Source of the DNA: Promethearchaeota archaeon
GTDB lineage: Archaea; Asgardarchaeota; Lokiarchaeia; Sigyniarchaeales; SOKP01
Direction: 5' to 3'
Length of the DNA: 64,000 nt
NCBI GenBank assembly: GCA_019058445.1
Contig: JAHPZA010000006.1
Coordinates: 256,001 to 320,000 of the forward strand
Part shown: positions 31,204 through 41,417 of the stretch, in pieces
How the letters are laid out: every line of letters begins with the position of its first letter
Numbering within the stretch: position 1 is the first letter of the stretch
Translations under genes and position numbers: made by a program
The notes under the pieces: model-generated
The model's database searches: none
What the model was told of the DNA's origin: nothing
What the model saw: the letters and a program-made list of their open reading frames with translations, nothing else

Positions 31204-32589
31204 TCAAGACTTTACAAATTTAGGATTTGGTTTTGGGATCTTAGCTTCGACACTATCCCTCCAGTCCTTAAGCAATCTTTTGAGTTTTGATGTTATTTCG
31301 GGTAATTCATTAGCAATATTATTATTTTCACTAATATCATTTCTCAGATTATACAATTCAACTCTGCCGTCTTCAAAAAATTCAATTAACTTATAATCAC
31401 CAGCCCTTACTGACGATCCAGGGGTTCCTCCCTGATTTCCATAATGAGGAAAATGCCAAAAAATTGCTTCGCGATCCAATCCATTGTTAGATCTTAATAG
31501 AGGCATTAAACTTACTCCGTCTGTATGTTGCTTGGGCATTAGATCCAGACCTGCCATCTCTAATATTGTTGGATAGAAATCTGGACTTGTAATGGGATAA
31601 GTACACACACTGTTAGGTTTGATAATTCCTGGCCATTTAATAATCAAGGGCTCTCGAGTTCCTCCTTCATACATCCATCCTTTACCTTCGCTTAGAGGAG
31701 AATTACAGGTTGGCGATCCTTCAGCTGTTGCTAAACCTCCATTATCTGAAGTGAATATTATTACTGTATCATTAGTTTTATCTAATTCTTCGAGTGCTTT
31801 AATTAATCGCCCGATATTCTCGTCAAGTTTTTCAATCATACCCGCATAAACGGGATTCGACTGAATTAGTCGACGCTTAATACGATACTTATTTTTATGT
31901 TCGCATGGGAAGTAAGGGCCCTCTTCAAATGTCTTTATATTATCTAGTCCAAGATCCTTAATCTTTTGTTTATATTTCTGTTTGTAGCTCCTTGGAACTT
32001 GGATGGGAATATGAACCGCATAATAAGAAAGATAGAGGAAAAAAGGTGAATCTCCATTAGTTTTAATAAGCTTAATGGCCTCATCAGTGAGTCTATCGGT
32101 AAGATACTCACCTTTAGGGCCGTCTTTTAGTCTGGGATTTCCATAGGGACTAAAATAGCCTCTCAATGGCAATCCCCAGTCACAACCTGCAATATTCACA
32201 TCAAAACCATGATGCTCCGGCCAATAAGGCTCATTTCCAAGATGCCACTTACCGACATGATATGTATGATAGCCTGCTTTTTTAAGAACGCGAGCTATGG
32301 TTTTTTCTTCTAAGGGAAGATGATCAATATAAGGTGCAGATAATAGTTTTCCTTTCGAGTGGTCTCCAATAAAGGTGGTAATTCCTAATGAAGCGGGATA
32401 TTTGCCAGTTAAAATACTTGCCCTTGTAGGTGAACATACGGGACAAGCAGCATATGCATCAGTAAAACGCATCCCCTCTTTAACCATCGCATCTAAGTGA
32501 GGGGTTTCATAGAATTCACTTCCATAACAACCTAAGTCTTTCCATCCCATATCATCGATCAGTATAAATATAATGTTCGGTTTTGACAT
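31204..32589 (-). CDS. Formylglycine-dependent sulfatase (S1 family, arylsulfatase-like)
   Basis: KPNIIFILIDDMG, CSPTRAS, GKWHLG, SDNGG and KGWMYEGG. Confidence 0.95.
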   Translation of the reverse strand: MSKPNIIFILIDDMGWKDLGCYGSEFYETPHLDAMVKEGMRFTDAYAACPVCSPTRASILTGKYPASLGITTFIGDHSKGKLLSAPYIDHLPLEEKTIARVLKKAGYHTYHVGKWHLGNEPYWPEHHGFDVNIAGCDWGLPLRGYFSPYGNPRLKDGPKGEYLTDRLTDEAIKLIKTNGDSPFFLYLSYYAVHIPIQVPRSYKQKYKQKIKDLGLDNIKTFEEGPYFPCEHKNKYRIKRRLIQSNPVYAGMIEKLDENIGRLIKALEELDKTNDTVIIFTSDNGGLATAEGSPTCNSPLSEGKGWMYEGGTREPLIIKWPGIIKPNSVCTYPITSPDFYPTILEMAGLDLMPKQHTDGVSLMPLLRSNNGLDREAIFWHFPHYGNQGGTPGSSVRAGDYKLIEFFEDGRVELYNLRNDISENNNIANELPEITSKLKRLLKDWRDSVEAKIPKPNPKFVKS

Positions 32590-32666
32590 CTTAATCTACT
32601 TTCCCTTATGTATTTCAATTTTATATGAAATAACTATCAAAAATAAAGAAACTGATAGTATTAGTT

Positions 32667-34103
32667 TCAAAGTCCTAACTCCATCAATTTTTCTCTATTC
32701 AATTTTGCTTCTTCTTTTGTAATGGTATACATTGTAGCAAACACGATTACACCTAGTAAAACAAACACAAATGGAATAAGAGAAATAATAAGCTTTAATC
32801 CGAACTTGGCAAGTTCCGTTTGATTAGCACCTCTGGCTGGAACATATCCGGTAATAGTCCATACCATTGCAAATATAAGTGTTTGAAAAAACCATGAAAA
32901 TGCAGAAAATACTCGCATCACTCCCATATAACTTGCTTCTTCACGTTTTCCGGTTTTTACCACAGCATTATCAATAGTCTCCGCTTGAACGAGACTATAC
33001 ACGACTCCCCAATTTGCGCTATAACCTATGCCCACCAGAGCTATAACAATTATAAATCCAATATAATCTGTTACAAAGAAGAGTAGTAGGTATGGTATAG
33101 CAGAGGCAATCAAACCCGCAAGATAAGTTTTTTTAATGCTCCAAAGCTTCTTTGGTAGATATACCCAAAGAGGAATCGTAATGATTGCGATTAATAAAAC
33201 GGCCAGCATGGGAAGAATTGTAGCCTCTATCCCCAATCCAAGATAATGAAGTACAAAAAAATTTATCCCCGCTAAAATACAAGCTCCCGCAATTGCCCAA
33301 CAGAGAAAAGCAAATAAATATGACATCCAATTTCTATCCTTAAATATTCGAACAAGCACTTCCCTTACAGAAACCGAAACATTTTCTTCTTTCTCTAATT
33401 TTAATCGTGTTTCTTTCATTTCCTCCGTTTCCCGAACCCCCCAATGCAAGGGTATTATAAGAATATAATTTAGAATAGCTACAAATATGACTGCTCCTAA
33501 ATATGCATTTGGATTGGTTGCGCCCCCTAAATTTGCTATAATTAACGGAATTGAAATCGATGCTATTATTTGACAAATAAGCACGATAAACATACCGATT
33601 CCCGCAACATTAGCCCTTTGCTCTAAATCTCGAAATAAATCGGGAAATAGAGATACATGGCTTATTTCCCGAACCGTCAAGAAAGTTTCGTAAATGCACA
33701 TCATAATTATCAACCAGATGGCAGCATATACTGCCATCTCGGCACTTAAACTTGCATCAAAGACAGGTACAAAACATAATATTAAGATACCTGGAGAAAA
33801 AATTGCTCCTATCATTATCCATGGATATCTTTTTCCATATTTAGCTGTAAATCTCCTAGACCTATCCGTAAGATACCCCAATATTGGATCATTTATCCCA
33901 TCTACGATAGAATACACAAGATAAATAATTGGAATTAAAAAAATGGGGATTAGTAGGACAGATACGGCAAAAAACTGGAGATATCCCCACATAACAAACA
34001 GCATGATGCTCATAAATGCAGATATTTGATAATATACTTGTCTTTTAATGCTGTGCTTCTTCTTGGAATTTACCTGATTAGAATTTTCTTGATTCATTTT
34101 CAT
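32667..34103 (-). CDS. MFS transporter, GPH/MelB-like
   Basis: DGINDP, YGKRYPW and TGKREEASY motifs. Confidence 0.9.
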   Translation of the reverse strand: MKMNQENSNQVNSKKKHSIKRQVYYQISAFMSIMLFVMWGYLQFFAVSVLLIPIFLIPIIYLVYSIVDGINDPILGYLTDRSRRFTAKYGKRYPWIMIGAIFSPGILILCFVPVFDASLSAEMAVYAAIWLIIMMCIYETFLTVREISHVSLFPDLFRDLEQRANVAGIGMFIVLICQIIASISIPLIIANLGGATNPNAYLGAVIFVAILNYILIIPLHWGVRETEEMKETRLKLEKEENVSVSVREVLVRIFKDRNWMSYLFAFLCWAIAGACILAGINFFVLHYLGLGIEATILPMLAVLLIAIITIPLWVYLPKKLWSIKKTYLAGLIASAIPYLLLFFVTDYIGFIIVIALVGIGYSANWGVVYSLVQAETIDNAVVKTGKREEASYMGVMRVFSAFSWFFQTLIFAMVWTITGYVPARGANQTELAKFGLKLIISLIPFVFVLLGVIVFATMYTITKEEAKLNREKLMELGL

Positions 34104-34260
34104 TGGCCGTAATTTTATTTTTACAATAATTTATATCATGAAAGCATAAATATATTTTTTTAAAATTAGGAGTAAAACTTTACACAAAATAAGACAAATT
34201 TTATTAAATTTTCAATATTAACTTACATAGATGAAATTCATTAAATTATAGGATCCCAAA

Positions 34261-34947
34261 ATGAATAAACAGAAGACCAAATCCAGAGCTCGCTCGCCTC
34301 AAAAGAAACAAGAACAATTTGATAAAATTTTAGAAGTGGGCAGAGATATGTTTGTAAAATACGGAACCCACGGATTTAGTACCCGAATATTAGCAGAAAA
34401 GCTAGGAATGACACAGCCCAATCTTTATAATTATGTTTCAAGTAAGCGAGAGCTATGGATTGCCATAAGAACTAAATACTACAACGAATTTTATAAGGGT
34501 ATTCGAAAAATTATCGGAGAACATAAAGGCACAATTGTTGAGCTTCTTTATAAATTTGCAGAATATTACCTTGAATTCGCAGCTGCAGACTATAAAAGAT
34601 TTCAAATTATGTTCGTACTTGCAGCACCTCCATCCAAAAAAACTGGACCTTTAGAAAAGGAATATAATCCCTTCCTAACAACAAGATTTGTTTTAGATTA
34701 TGTTAAAAAAGCAATTGAAGCTAATGAACTAATCCCTGATGGCTCAATTGAGTTATTTTATGCTATTTATTCATTAATTTACGGAGCGGCAAAAGTTGAA
34801 GCAGATTTGAAATTACGTGATAAAATTACAGAACCTATGACTGGAGAATTTTATTCTCTCTCAGCCATAGAATTTCGTAAATTCATTATTAAAGAACTTC
34901 GGGATCGTATTGAGAGAAATCGTATCAATAAAAATTCATTGAAATAA
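34261..34947 (+). CDS. TetR/AcrR family transcriptional regulator (copy 1)
   Basis: GFSTRILAEKLGMTQPNLYNYVSSKREL HTH. Confidence 0.92.
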   Translation: MNKQKTKSRARSPQKKQEQFDKILEVGRDMFVKYGTHGFSTRILAEKLGMTQPNLYNYVSSKRELWIAIRTKYYNEFYKGIRKIIGEHKGTIVELLYKFAEYYLEFAAADYKRFQIMFVLAAPPSKKTGPLEKEYNPFLTTRFVLDYVKKAIEANELIPDGSIELFYAIYSLIYGAAKVEADLKLRDKITEPMTGEFYSLSAIEFRKFIIKELRDRIERNRINKNSLK

Positions 34948-35198
34948 TTTAGACACTGTAAAATCCAAAAAAAGGTTATTTTTTAGAACCATAATCTAAT
35001 CTTCGGATTTTTTAATATAATTTTTAGTTTCAAACCTTTTCTTTTATCACTATTTCAATAGCATATACCAAAACTAATCTTAAAGTCACAGATTAAGTTA
35101 AATTTTATCTTTTGAGTTTTACAATAATCTTCAATAGTTTTATTAATTCTTGGATGTTTATTCATATATGGAAGATTGATATCTCAGATGAATATAAG

Positions 35199-35876
35199 AT
35201 GAATGCTAAAAAAAAGAAGACTAGGGCTCGTTCACCGGAAAAGAAAGCAGAACAATTTGACAGAATTTTAGAGGCGGGTAAGGATATGTTCGTTAAATTT
35301 GGTTCACATGGATTTAGTACACGAGCTTTAGCCCAGAAATTAGGTATGACGCAACCAAATCTCTATAATTATGTGAAGAGTAAAAGGGAATTATGGATTG
35401 CAATTAGAATTAAATATTATAAAGAATATTCAGAAGGGCTCAAAAAATTAATTAATGAACATCAAGGGTCATATACTGAACTCTTTTTTAAATTTGCAGA
35501 ATATTTTCTTGAATTTGCGAGTGCTGATTATAAAAGATTTCAGTTAATGTACTTAATTTCTGCTCCACCCTCTAAAAAAGTTGGACCTTTAGAAAAAGAG
35601 TATAAACCATTTCAATTAACCAAAATGTTTTTAGATATAGCAAAAAAAGCTGTAGAAGCTGGAGAAGTAAATAGGAATACTGCGACTGAGCTTTTCTATA
35701 GCATGTATGCGCATCTCTTTGGAGCGGCCAAAGTTGAAGCTGATCTGAAATTACGGAATAAAATTACAGAACCTATTATAGGAGATTTTTATACATTGAC
35801 TGCTAAGAAATATCGAATGTATGTATTAACAGAAATTCGAAATCGTTTAGAAAGAAATGTTTTGAAAAGCCAATAA
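35199..35876 (+). CDS. TetR/AcrR family transcriptional regulator (copy 2)
   Basis: Same HTH. Start moved to ATG 35199 by alignment with the paralogs. Confidence 0.92.
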   Translation: MNAKKKKTRARSPEKKAEQFDRILEAGKDMFVKFGSHGFSTRALAQKLGMTQPNLYNYVKSKRELWIAIRIKYYKEYSEGLKKLINEHQGSYTELFFKFAEYFLEFASADYKRFQLMYLISAPPSKKVGPLEKEYKPFQLTKMFLDIAKKAVEAGEVNRNTATELFYSMYAHLFGAAKVEADLKLRNKITEPIIGDFYTLTAKKYRMYVLTEIRNRLERNVLKSQ

Positions 35877-35945
35877 ATTAATTTGTTGGCAAAATTAAGG
35901 ATCTTTAACTTAAACTTATCATCGATAATTATAATTATTATTTAA

Positions 35946-36014
35946 CAATAATTTTATTAATTCTTTGATGTATATTCATCTAAAAGAAAATTTTATATCT
36001 CAGATGAAGATATT
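35946..36014 (+). promoter_or_regulatory. Duplicated upstream region of TetR copies 2 and 3 with TTCATCT...AGATGAA inverted repeat
   Basis: Colinear with 35132-35198 (caata.ttttattaattctt.gatgt.tattcat...atatctcagatgaa). Confidence 0.65.
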
Positions 36015-36683
36015 TTGAATATTCAAAAAAAAAAGACCAGAGCTCGAAGTCCAGAAAAAAAAGCGGAACAATTTGATAAAATTTTAGAAGAAGGGAAGAA
36101 ATTGTTCATTCAATACGGAACGCAAGGATTTAGTACTCGAATATTAGCCCAGAGATTAGGTATGACACAGCCAAATCTTTATAATTACGTAACAAGCAAA
36201 AGAGAATTATGGATCGCAATAAAAAGTAAATATTATGATGATTATTTTAAGGGATTTCAAAATATACTTGATGAACATACGGGCTCTTATCTTGACTTAT
36301 TTTATAAGCTTGTAGAATATTTAATTGAATTTTTGAACGCTGATTATGAGAGATTTCAGATAATGTTCATACTCTCTGCTCCACCATCTAAAAGAAAAGG
36401 ACTCTTAGAAAAATCATATAAACCATTTCCAATATTAAAATTTGCATTAGAATTAGTGGAAAAAGCAGCTAAAAATAATGAAATAAATAGAGAAATGGCA
36501 ATGGAATTATTTTATAGCATATATAGTTATATATTAGGAGTCACAAAAGTTAGATATGATCTAAGTGTGAGCAGTAAAATTTCAGAATCCTTGGAAGGTT
36601 TTTCCTCGATGCCTTATAAAAAATATCGAGAATTAATATTAAAGGAAATTAAGGATCGCATAGAGAGAAGTCGCAAAAAATGA
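36015..36683 (+). CDS. TetR/AcrR family transcriptional regulator (copy 3)
   Basis: Same HTH; TTG start. Confidence 0.92.
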   Translation: MNIQKKKTRARSPEKKAEQFDKILEEGKKLFIQYGTQGFSTRILAQRLGMTQPNLYNYVTSKRELWIAIKSKYYDDYFKGFQNILDEHTGSYLDLFYKLVEYLIEFLNADYERFQIMFILSAPPSKRKGLLEKSYKPFPILKFALELVEKAAKNNEINREMAMELFYSIYSYILGVTKVRYDLSVSSKISESLEGFSSMPYKKYRELILKEIKDRIERSRKK

Positions 36684-37092
36684 AGCAATTTATTCTTGTA
36701 TTATGAAAGCCCTCAAATAAAACTTTAATTTAGGCTATTAATATTTTAACCAAATTTTTTATAGGATGGAATCCCATATTAGCGCTTTTGAGGTCTAATC
36801 TTATAAAAACTAATTGGAAAGATGATGAAATACCAAGATAACTACAGATTTTCCTTTAGATAATAATTTATCAAAGTTTTATGAACTAAAATACCTAATA
36901 TCATTAAGCTCGTCTTGAATATTAAGTTTACACAGTAGACTTTAAAGTCTGTTATTTGAATTTCATTTTACAACTTCGAATGGTTTTAAAGCTATACACA
37001 ACTCTTTCTAGCAAATAATCAATGATAATTCGGATAACCCTTTTAAAAAAACGAATTTTCACAGAATTAACAAAAATTTGATGGTTTAGAAA

Positions 37093-37842
37093 ATGACACT
37101 ACTTAACGACTTAATCATTGTATTGTTAACATATGTTTACGTTGTCTTGACAATTATAATTCCTGTGCAATTGAAAAAGAGAGATAAAATTTCGAAATTT
37201 ACAGCTCGCAAAACTGTCCATTTATTAGCTGGTCTCGCCATATTAGTTACACCCCTTTTTACTTATCCTGCTTTCGCTCTATTGATAGCGGGGCCTCTTA
37301 CTATTCTGGTGTTTTTTAGTTCAAAAGAATCTAAAGTTGAATTACTAAAAGATCTTTATGACTCTATTGGAGAAGAAGAGGAAGAAAAGTTGAAGCGGAA
37401 ATTTCTTCAAGGCCCCTTTAACTATTGTCTATCAATAACTATTCTTGTTGCGATTTTCATCTTCCTTGCCCCTAATCAATTGTATTTTGCGATGGCGGGT
37501 ATACTTATTATGATAATTGCTGATACTATGGCGTCAGTTGTAGGAAAGCGTTGGGGTAAAATTACAATTAAGCTCCCTTGGACGGGGAAAAGAACTCTAT
37601 TAGGTTCTACAACTATGTTTAGCTTTTCTTTCATATTATCCTTCGGTTCATATTGGTATTTTGGGCTTTTTAATCCGCTAACACAGATTCCATTAACTTG
37701 GGATATAATTCTCTTATATTCGTTTATTACAGCACTATTAGCAACTATTATTGAAATATTAAGCCCCTCAACTTGGGATGATATGACTGTCCCTATCGGG
37801 ACAACCATAATTATATATCTATTGACTTTTATCTATTTATGA
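37093..37842 (+). CDS. CTP-dependent polyprenol kinase (phytol/farnesol/dolichol kinase family)
   Basis: RKTVH, ADTMASVVGKRWG, KRTLLGS and WDDMTVP motifs; polytopic membrane protein. Confidence 0.85.
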   Translation: MTLLNDLIIVLLTYVYVVLTIIIPVQLKKRDKISKFTARKTVHLLAGLAILVTPLFTYPAFALLIAGPLTILVFFSSKESKVELLKDLYDSIGEEEEEKLKRKFLQGPFNYCLSITILVAIFIFLAPNQLYFAMAGILIMIIADTMASVVGKRWGKITIKLPWTGKRTLLGSTTMFSFSFILSFGSYWYFGLFNPLTQIPLTWDIILLYSFITALLATIIEILSPSTWDDMTVPIGTTIIIYLLTFIYL

Positions 37843-37886
37843 AATTTTATTTTTTTTTTATATTTTTTTACTAAATAGCTGAGAAT

Positions 37887-39266
37887 ATGGAAAATCTTAA
37901 AAAATCTTTTGATGTAATTGTTGTTGGAGCCGGTACTGGAGGTACTACAGCCGCACGTTTTGCTGCTAAAAAAGGTTTGGATGTATGTCTTATAGACAGA
38001 AAAGAGAAGAGCCATATAGGTGATAAAATTTGCGGTGACGCTGTCGGGGCTGAAATTTTTGATATATTAAAGATAAATCCTCCGCAAGGTGAAGAATTAT
38101 CTTGTCATATTAAAGGGGCAAAATTATATCCTCCAAATATGAAAAAATGTTTGACCTTAATAGATCCAAAACAGGCGGGATATATTGTAAATCGGTTGGA
38201 ATTTGGACAGAGGTTACTTAATGAAGCCCTTGATGCGGGTGTTGCACAGTTCTTAGATAATACTATGGTATTGGATTTAATATATAAAGAAAAGTTCGTC
38301 TCAGGTTTAAAAGTACGTTTAAGTAATGGTGAAAAATTTGATTTAAATGCTAAACTTGTTATAGACGGAAGCGGTTTTAACACGCCATTGAGAAAGAAAG
38401 CGAAAAATCCTTTAATTGAGAACGAGATTTCAAAAACTGATGCCATATTATGTTATCGAGAAATAGTAAGATTTCCGAAAGGAGATCAGGAAGTTATGGA
38501 TCCTGAATATATTTCAATTATTTTGGATAAGGAAAAAGCTCCTGGGGGTTATATTTGGTATTTCCCTAAAAATGAAACCTCACTAAATATTGGATTAGGA
38601 GTGTTTATGGATTATGGGGGAAAAGTAAAAGAGTTTTATCAAAATAATGTATTTAAAGAATTTATAAAAACACCCAATTATGAAATACTCTCTTCTGGAG
38701 GAGGAGTAGCTCCTATAAGAAGACCATTATGGTCGTGTGCTGACAATGGTTTTATGTTAATTGGAGATGCTGCATGTCATGTAAATCCACTTCATGGAGG
38801 AGGAATCGATCCCTCAATGAGAGCTGGATTTTATGCTGCCAATACTGCTGTTCAAGCTATTGAACAAGCAGATTTTTCTTTACAGAAGCTATGGGATTTT
38901 AATTATGAAATTATGACAAGTATTGGAGCAGAGTTCGCAGCTCTTGATTTATTAAGACGTGTTCTTCAAAGACTATCAAATGATTCATTAAATTTTGGTT
39001 TAGAAAAAGATTTGTTATCTAGTGAAGAAATTCTGCAAGTATCCTCTACAGGAAGCTTAGATTTATCCTTATTGAGCATGGCTACTAAAGCAATTAAAGG
39101 TATTGCAAATCCAAAACTAATGCTTGATTTAAATTACTTACGAATAAAGATGAATGAAATTATTAAGCATTATAAGAATTTTCCACGGTATAATGAAGAT
39201 TTTGAAGTGTGGAAGAATAAAACTATTGATATATATGAAAAAGTAGAGAAAATGTCTTACGGTTAA
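37887..39266 (+). CDS. Geranylgeranyl reductase family protein (DGGGPL reductase-like)
   Basis: GAGTGG FAD motif, KICGD, PGGYIWYFPK and GDAACHVNPLHGGGI. Confidence 0.9.
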   Translation: MENLKKSFDVIVVGAGTGGTTAARFAAKKGLDVCLIDRKEKSHIGDKICGDAVGAEIFDILKINPPQGEELSCHIKGAKLYPPNMKKCLTLIDPKQAGYIVNRLEFGQRLLNEALDAGVAQFLDNTMVLDLIYKEKFVSGLKVRLSNGEKFDLNAKLVIDGSGFNTPLRKKAKNPLIENEISKTDAILCYREIVRFPKGDQEVMDPEYISIILDKEKAPGGYIWYFPKNETSLNIGLGVFMDYGGKVKEFYQNNVFKEFIKTPNYEILSSGGGVAPIRRPLWSCADNGFMLIGDAACHVNPLHGGGIDPSMRAGFYAANTAVQAIEQADFSLQKLWDFNYEIMTSIGAEFAALDLLRRVLQRLSNDSLNFGLEKDLLSSEEILQVSSTGSLDLSLLSMATKAIKGIANPKLMLDLNYLRIKMNEIIKHYKNFPRYNEDFEVWKNKTIDIYEKVEKMSYG

Positions 39267-39293
39267 ATTAACAAACTAATAAAGGAGATTTAT

Positions 39294-40118
39294 ATGGTTG
39301 ATATAATCTTAAATAACGAGAAGAAGCATGCTACATACGAGTATATTATTAACAAACTCAATCGCGAAGGAGCCTTGCATTTTTCATTAATTGATCCAGA
39401 CCCATTTCGACAAAGTCCTAGTAAAGCTGCAAAAATGGGAAAACTAGCTGAACAGGCAGGAACAGATGCAATACTAGTAGGAGGGAGTACAGCCTTTGAT
39501 CAAGTGTATGTGGATAAAACAATAGAATTAATTAAAAAAGATGTCCAAGTACCTATAATTATCTTTCCTGGAGGGTTTGCGAACGTATCTAAGAGAGCCG
39601 ATGCTATTCTGTTCATGTCAGTTCTAAATTCTAACAATCATTACTTTTTCATAGGATATCAGGCACTTGGTTCTTATTTAGTTAAAATGGCGGGCATTGA
39701 ACATATTCCAATGGGATACCTCATAATTGAACCGGGAGCTTCAGCTGGATGGATTTCTGATGCAAAACTTCTTCCACGAAATAAACCTAAACTAACTGCC
39801 GCATACTCGTTAGCAGCGGAAATGTTTGGATTTAAACTCATATATTTAGAAGCAGGTTCTGGTGGAAATAGTATTCCTCCAGAAATCATCAAATTATGCT
39901 CGCAAGTTCTAAGTATACCTATTATTGCGGGAGGAGGAGTTCAAACGAAAGAGGATGCTGCTGCTTTCGTGGAGGCAGGTGCCGATATAATTGTAATGGG
40001 CACATTTTTAGAAAATAATCTCATGAAAGATAAGGGAGCATCATTGAAAGTAATTATTGATGCAATTAAAGATACCGCAAAAAATTCTAATAATAGAAGA
40101 ACCTTCCAAAAAATATAG
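39294..40118 (+). CDS. Geranylgeranylglyceryl phosphate (GGGP) synthase, group II
   Basis: LIDPD, ILVGGST, ADAILFMSVLNS, YLEAGSG and GGG motifs. Confidence 0.95.
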   Translation: MVDIILNNEKKHATYEYIINKLNREGALHFSLIDPDPFRQSPSKAAKMGKLAEQAGTDAILVGGSTAFDQVYVDKTIELIKKDVQVPIIIFPGGFANVSKRADAILFMSVLNSNNHYFFIGYQALGSYLVKMAGIEHIPMGYLIIEPGASAGWISDAKLLPRNKPKLTAAYSLAAEMFGFKLIYLEAGSGGNSIPPEIIKLCSQVLSIPIIAGGGVQTKEDAAAFVEAGADIIVMGTFLENNLMKDKGASLKVIIDAIKDTAKNSNNRRTFQKI

Positions 40119-40146
40119 AGCTAAAATAAAATTGCTAGGATTTTTA

Positions 40147-41274
40147 TTACTCGCCACAGTAATTATTTCCTACATAATTTTCTAATCCCTCTAAAATGCT
40201 TCTTGTACCCTCTTTCTTGTAAACATCCATTAAATCATTACGAGTTGCAGTTACCCCTCTTCTAGCAGATAAATATCCCATTAAAACCGTAGCAATAGCT
40301 TCTTTTGCTTGTTCTGGTGTAAATTCTGGATCCTTATCTTTAATTATGCAATCCACAAAATACTCATCTTCTATTCTTGAAGAAATATCATAATATTTTG
40401 GAAATGGACTATGCTCAATCTCAGGTTCATGCCATTTATTTTTGTTTTCGCCCATCTCTTTGCTGCTAGAGAAAATTTTCACAGGATTTTCCCATGAATG
40501 ATCCTCCAAAATGGTACCTTTTGTACCATATACTTCAATTTGGTTTGTAGGGGTAGTTCTTACGACAAAACTTACCACAACATTTGCAACGGCACCTTTA
40601 CTAAACTTTAAGAACATCATGGCATTATCTTCAGCCTTTTCTTGTAAGGTTGTGCATTGTTTTGTTATCCAACTATATGCTGCTTCTACTTTATCATTTA
40701 ATATCCAATTCATTGTTGCAAATTTATGTGCACCCATATCCATCAAAGAGCCACCTCCCGCCTTTATTGGATGTCCTTTCCAAAATCCTTCTCGCATTAA
40801 TCCTGGAATCTCATTTACGCCTTCATATGAACGGATTAAAACCACATTTCCGATTAACCCTTTCTGAATTGCCTCCATTATATATTTATGAGCAGGCAAG
40901 AACCGATGATTTTCAGCAATCATAAATTTAACTCCCGCTTTTCGGGTAGCCTTTATCATTTGGTCACATCCTTCAAGTGTAGTTGCCATTGGTTTTTCAC
41001 AAAGAACATGTTTTCCGGCTTCAGCAGCTGCAATTACCATCTCTTCATGGAGAAAATGGGGAACCATAATTAAAACGGCGTCTATATCACTGTTCAGAAA
41101 TTTATCCAAATTTGAAAAATAATCCATTTTATAATTTTTGGCCGCTCTTTTTCCTGCCTTTTCATTAATATCGTAACAAGAAACAAACTTTATTTTTTTT
41201 ATATTTCTGGTTCCCGCACTGTGAAAGGCCCATGCTCCACCTAATCCTATGATTCCAAATTTGACAATATCCAT
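40147..41274 (-). CDS. Gfo/Idh/MocA family NAD(P)-dependent sugar oxidoreductase
   Basis: GIIGLGG, KHVLCEKP and GGGSLMDMGAH. Confidence 0.92.
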   Translation of the reverse strand: MDIVKFGIIGLGGAWAFHSAGTRNIKKIKFVSCYDINEKAGKRAAKNYKMDYFSNLDKFLNSDIDAVLIMVPHFLHEEMVIAAAEAGKHVLCEKPMATTLEGCDQMIKATRKAGVKFMIAENHRFLPAHKYIMEAIQKGLIGNVVLIRSYEGVNEIPGLMREGFWKGHPIKAGGGSLMDMGAHKFATMNWILNDKVEAAYSWITKQCTTLQEKAEDNAMMFLKFSKGAVANVVVSFVVRTTPTNQIEVYGTKGTILEDHSWENPVKIFSSSKEMGENKNKWHEPEIEHSPFPKYYDISSRIEDEYFVDCIIKDKDPEFTPEQAKEAIATVLMGYLSARRGVTATRNDLMDVYKKEGTRSILEGLENYVGNNYCGE

Positions 41275-41417
41275 AATAATGAAATTGAACTAATAAATAA
41301 ATAAATTATCAAGCCTCTATTTAAAGTTTGATCACTCTATATAAGTAAAATAATTAAGTTAATACTCTTTACAAAAATTAAATTTCTTTAATATCAAGAT
41401 AATTTTGATGATTAAAC

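Noticed and set aside
35112-35198. N-terminal extension of TetR copy 2
   Set aside because: The region aligns with the non-coding promoter of copy 3, and the paralogs start at the 35199-equivalent position.
36684-37092. Possible pseudogene fragments and the AGACTTTAAAGTCT palindrome
   Set aside because: Frames are short with no recognisable similarity; a single palindrome in AT-rich DNA is weak evidence.
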